From the human T2T-CHM13v2.0 reference genome, Homo sapiens: 64,000 nucleotides of DNA. The notes beneath the pieces are model-generated. The model saw only the letters and a program-made list of their open reading frames with translations, did not search any database and was not told the origin of the DNA. The stretch is from assembly GCF_009914755.1 (NCBI RefSeq), contig NC_060934.1. One strand, written 5' to 3'. Positions 59,818 through 64,000 of the stretch are shown here, in pieces (the stretch's first letter is position 1; every line of letters starts with the position of its first letter). Made by a program: the position numbers and the translations under genes.

Positions 59818-60771
59818 TGTATGGAGAAAATTCTGTGATCTCATTGATAAAAAATTTTCATGTCTTGAAAAGTGGGTAGATAGGTAAGTATAGTAAGTAG
59901 ATAGGTAAGTGGATTAGACAAGAAAATAGAGCAGTTAAGTAATCAGACAAAGTAAGGAGGTAGGCAGGCAACACAAAATTTCCCCAAGTCACCACTTTCA
60001 GTTCTCAGCTTCTCAAACTCACAAGTAATAGAAATAATGATCTCAGAGGACAAAGTGTGAGACAAGCTTATCTTGCGACTAGGTGGGGTTTTGGAACCTG
60101 AACTCAAGCTAACCCTAATAGGAGGCAGAGGGAATTACATCAGTAACTGTACACTGTCCACAAATTGAAAACATTTTCAGTGGCATGCCCTTGTCACTCA
60201 GTGTATTTTGAATGCTCATCCCCTTAATCCATAATTACCCATCACTATGTGATACCCTTGATTCCAAATAGTAATTCCATTAGCTCCTAGAGAATCCACT
60301 ATTCAACTCCTGGGAGCCCTCTTGCCAAATGAGATGCCAAGCTGTTTGGGAACAGAGCTCAGCAGCAGCCAGAAAAAAGGGCAGACATCAATCAGTTCAA
60401 TTGACGTGCTTCTCACTGGCTCTGGGCAACCTCAATTTTGCTGCTAAAATCTTATTTCAAATGATCCCAGAAAGATCAATGCTAAATGTAGTAATTACTC
60501 TTGGATACATGAATAATGGCCCTAATTTTTTACCTGTATGTATACATTATATACCATCAGGGTTTTTTGCTTTTGTTATTATTTATTTAAAAAACATAGG
60601 CCCACCTCATATGCTATTACAATTTTTTAAAGAAATGTATGAAAAATGTATGGAGAAAATAATTTAGCTATCTTATAAACAATTTTTATATTTTGAAAAG
60701 CAGGTAGATAGGTAAGCATGGTAAGTAGATAGGCAAGCAGGTTAAACAAGAAAACAAGTAGAGCAGTTAAG
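59818..60771. repeat. Diverged ~125-bp direct duplication (59818-59939 and 60647-60771)
   Basis: tgtatggagaaaat...ttgaaaag..ggtagataggtaag.at.gtaagtagatagg.aag...acaagaaaa...tagagcagttaag in both copies. Confidence 0.85.
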
Positions 60772-60849
60772 AGAAAAAACGTCTAATGTAAAGCAAAGTT
60801 TTTCTATTATCAGTAAAAAGATGTCTTCAGATGCTGTTTAAAACATTTA

Positions 60850-61130
60850 CTGGGAGGCCGAGGTGGGCAGATCACGAGGTCAAGAGTTTGAGACCATCCT
60901 GGCTAACACAGTGAAACCCCTCTCCACTAAAAATACAAAAATTAGCCAGGCATGGTGGTAGGCACCTGTAGTCCCAGCTACTCAGGGGCCTGAGGCAGAA
61001 GAATCGCTTGAACCTGGGAGGCAGAGGTGCATGCAGTGAGCCAAGATCACGCCGCTGCACTCCAGCCTGGGCCAGAGTGAGACTCCGTCTCAAAAAAAAA
61101 AAAGAAAGAAAGAAAGAAAAAAAGAAAAAC
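60850..61130 (+). mobile_element. Alu (Sc8/Y-like), 5'-truncated
   Basis: gatcacgaggtcaagag...catcctggctaacac; TSD AAACATTTA. Confidence 0.92.
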
Positions 61131-62466
61131 AAACATTTAAAGAGGAATTTTCTCCCCTGGAGGTATGCAAAATCTGAGTTTACAGATTTGGAGAAAGACA
61201 ACATGAAGTGGCAAGTATCAAAAACAAAAGAATTTAAAATGTGTAGCAGTTAGAATGTGCAAGTCTGTGGTATCCAAAATTATGCTCCCCTAAAGATGTC
61301 CACATCCCAATTCCTTGAACATCAGAACAAATATTACAAGTTGTCTATGTAACACTAATATCCTGCTCACTACACTTTCAGAGTTTAGTCAATGCCTTTC
61401 TCTTGATTCCCTGGGGAGGCAGACAAGCATCTGATCAGGTGTTTAATATGTATCTAAAGGGATATCTGATAGCCTAGCTCACCACTAATTGTATTACATA
61501 TAAAAATCGTTTGTGTTTATTCTTCCCTCTCAATCAGACCAAACAAGGTACAAATTAGGCTGGAATGAGTAAACAGTCTTACATTTTGTCAGTTAAAGAG
61601 CCTCTGACAGAAACTGATGAGATTAACAAAGCAGAGGCAAAACTGAAAATTAAGCAGCTGGCATCTTGAATAGCAACAGGGAAAAATGTTTGGTAAAATT
61701 TAGAGAGATTATGAAAAGTGGATGCAGCCGATTTGAGCTGTGTTTATTTCAATGGATGCTTTCTATTTAAGTGACTGAGTAACTTTACACAGATCTCTTG
61801 CCAGTTCTCAACTCTGCAAACAGCATTTAAGAAAAGAAAAAGTCATTGAGTTAAAGGAGCTCTGAAATTATGTCCCATAATTGGTCTCTCCTTTCAAAAC
61901 CCTTCCCCGCACTCCCTATTTTTCACAATTCACCTTTCTAGAATACTCAACCCCTAGCTATGCCAGCATCTAGAAACAAGGACACACTGTCACATTTCTC
62001 TGGGGCTCAGTACTATACACCCCCATACCTCGTAGCTGATATGCTGATACACAGAAAATGTTACCTTTGAATCTTCCAACTGCATTTTTCAAAGATGTTC
62101 TTTACTGCTGTTAAGACATCAAAATCAAGACAGAACCATCAGACACTGGACTTTCTTACGAGAATTCCAAGGCCCTGTGTGTTTTCCACAGAAAACCTAC
62201 ACTTTCAAAGCCTTTGTGGGAAGGAAACATTTTTAATCCTTTGAACAAAGACAGTTCAGTCCACACTAAAGCAGCATAACCCTTCCCCAATGCTCATAAG
62301 GTTCGCCCTACAACTAAACCCCTCTACCATCAAGAAAGTCAGTGTCTCCAGCCCTCATAGCATGATCTTTTCGATCCCAAGAGCTATCAGGCTAACAGAT
62401 TGGAGTTTTAGAGCTCAGACTTCACATGTGAAAATTCACATGTCCACTGTATTTCTTCAGAGACTT

Positions 62467-62585
62467 TGGGTTCGAAGGATTTGTCAAAATTACTTTCCCT
62501 TCTTCCTTTACACCTTGCATGGCTATGGGTTCAAAGGATTTGTCAAAATTACTTTCCCTTCTTCCTTTACCTTGCATGGCTATGG
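62467..62585. repeat. 59/57-bp tandem duplication
   Basis: tgggttc(g/a)aaggatttgtcaaaattactttcccttcttccttt(ac)accttgcatggcta twice. Confidence 0.95.
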
Positions 62586-63531
62586 ACTCTGTGGCTTATT
62601 GGAGACCACCAAATGGCTGCAGCCCCCAAGCACCTCAGGAAGGTTCGGCAGATACACATCAGAAGTGAAAAATAGAAGGAATATAAGAATCTAGCTCTTA
62701 TCACCAAAGTGACCAACTTTCCCACATGATATTTAGCCTCTGAGATCAACCAAACTCTTCTATGTGTTGACCACTCAGCATAGATAACCAGTTACAAAGT
62801 GGTAGAGGTGGGGTCTGTCTGCCAAAGCCCATTTATGCCCTTCGTTGCCTCAAAAAAGAGTAAGTCTGTAGTTGGCTCTAGTAAGATATGACTTGAGATT
62901 TCTCACCCAGGAAGCCTGCACTCAGAGACTCACTGCTATTGGTCAGGCACTGATGAGAAAAATCACATCCATTAAAATATAATATTCCTTTTTCCAGAAC
63001 TTAAAGCACAAAGAGGTATGTATAGTGAGAGAAGGATCACTAAAGACGAAAATAAACAGTACAACAGGGACACCAAGAGCTAACATTTCCAGCAAAAAGA
63101 AGGCCAGCCAACGGCTTCATTGGCCATTCCAAACTGTATTTCAGACATGTCCCAGACAAGGAATAACTATCAAATTATTTTCAAAGCCCAATCAAAGCAA
63201 TGAGGTCAAAGTACTACCCTCACTGAAATATTAACATCACATCACTTCTTTACAGGGGTATTTTTGTTTGAAAACACATCAGGGAAAAAGATTATTTTGT
63301 TTTACATCTTGGCAATCTGAACATCCTTAACAGGAGCTCGTTATTTCCTAGAAGGCACCAGGTAACAGAAATGTCCTACAGATCCTTTCCTGTATGGAAT
63401 GCCAGAGGCACTCAGTGACTGACCTGTGGTGAGTCTACATAGTAAATCACACTACAGAAGCCATTTTGCTCTCTATGCACTTTCTCAAGATGCTCAATTT
63501 TGTAGCTATGCATTAAAAATAGGGGAGGAGC

Positions 63532-63541
63532 CAAGATGGCC
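63532..63541 (+). promoter_or_regulatory. YY1 site of the L1 internal sense promoter
   Basis: CAAGATGGCC intact about 11-20 nt into the element. Confidence 0.8.
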
Positions 63542-63779
63542 GAATAGGAACAGCTCCTGTCTACAGCTCCCAGCGTGAGCGACGCAGAAGACGGGAGATT
63601 TCTCCATTTCCATCTGAGGTACCGGGTTCATCTCACTAGGGAGTGCCAGAGGGTCAGTGGGTGTGCGCACTGTGCACGAGCGTAAGCAGGGCAAGGCATT
63701 GCCTCACTTGGGAAGTGCAAAGGGTCAGGGAGTTCCCTTTCTGAGTCAAAGAAAGGGGTGACTGACGGCACCTGGAAAA

Positions 63780-63962
63780 TCAGGTCACTCCCACCCGAAT
63801 ACTGCCCTTTTCCGACAGGCTTAAAAAACGGCGCACCACGAGATTATATCCCGCACCTGGCTCGGAGGGTCCTACGCCCACGGAGTCTCGCTGATTGCTA
63901 GCACAGCAGTCTGAGATCAAACTGCAAGGTGGCAGCGAGGCTGGGGGAGGGACGCCCGCCAT
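63780..63962 (-). CDS. ORF0: L1 antisense ORF0, truncated to 60 aa (canonical 71 aa)
   Basis: MAGVPPPASLPPCSLISDCCASNQRDSVGVGPSEPG... matches primate L1 ORF0; CGA>TGA at codon 61. Confidence 0.85.
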   Translation of the reverse strand: MAGVPPPASLPPCSLISDCCASNQRDSVGVGPSEPGAGYNLVVRRFLSLSEKGSIRVGVT

Positions 63963-64000
63963 TGCCCAGGCTTGCTTAGGTAAACAAAGCAGCCAGGAAG

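Larger units (their letters stand above)
63522..64000 (+). mobile_element. L1PA2-like LINE-1 5' UTR (element continues beyond window)
   Basis: ggggaggagccaagatggccgaataggaacagctcc start preceded by TT/AAAA-type site; PA2-type ggtcagtgggtg, cacttggg, ggcttaaaaaacggcgcaccacgagatt; CpG-rich. Confidence 0.95.

Noticed and set aside
62290-62694. 134-aa ORF with an internal peptide repeat
   Set aside because: The repeat comes from the 59/57-bp DNA duplication; no recognisable protein.

Overview
Primate (human or great-ape-like) non-coding DNA, AT-rich and CpG-poor, with no protein-coding host exon I can recognise. It is made largely of interspersed repeats: Alu J/S/Y, L1PA/L1MA/L1M, MaLR LTRs (THE1, MST, MLT1), ERVL/ERV1 LTRs (MLT2, LTR16, LTR40-like, LTR1, a MER41/MER66-like LTR, MER21), MIR, L2 and MER5, with a deeply nested L1 cluster at about 18.6-28.9 kb. 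Most notable: (1) a U5 snRNA/L1PA7-like chimeric retrocopy (U5 nt 1-76 fused to 1.1 kb of L1 3' end, one TSD around both) at 23746-24906; (2) a twin-primed, 5'-inverted L1PA7-like element at 34296-38535 that appears to share non-consensus variants with the L1 part of the chimera; (3) the 5' end of an L1PA2 at the right edge, carrying antisense ORF0 truncated by a CpG-derived stop between its two splice donors; (4) a 20-unit GGAA microsatellite; (5) an ERV1 LTR with tandem GAS motifs; (6) several local duplications and repair scars. Subfamily names come from remembered consensus sequences, not from a search. Most ORFs in the track are repeat-derived or chance.
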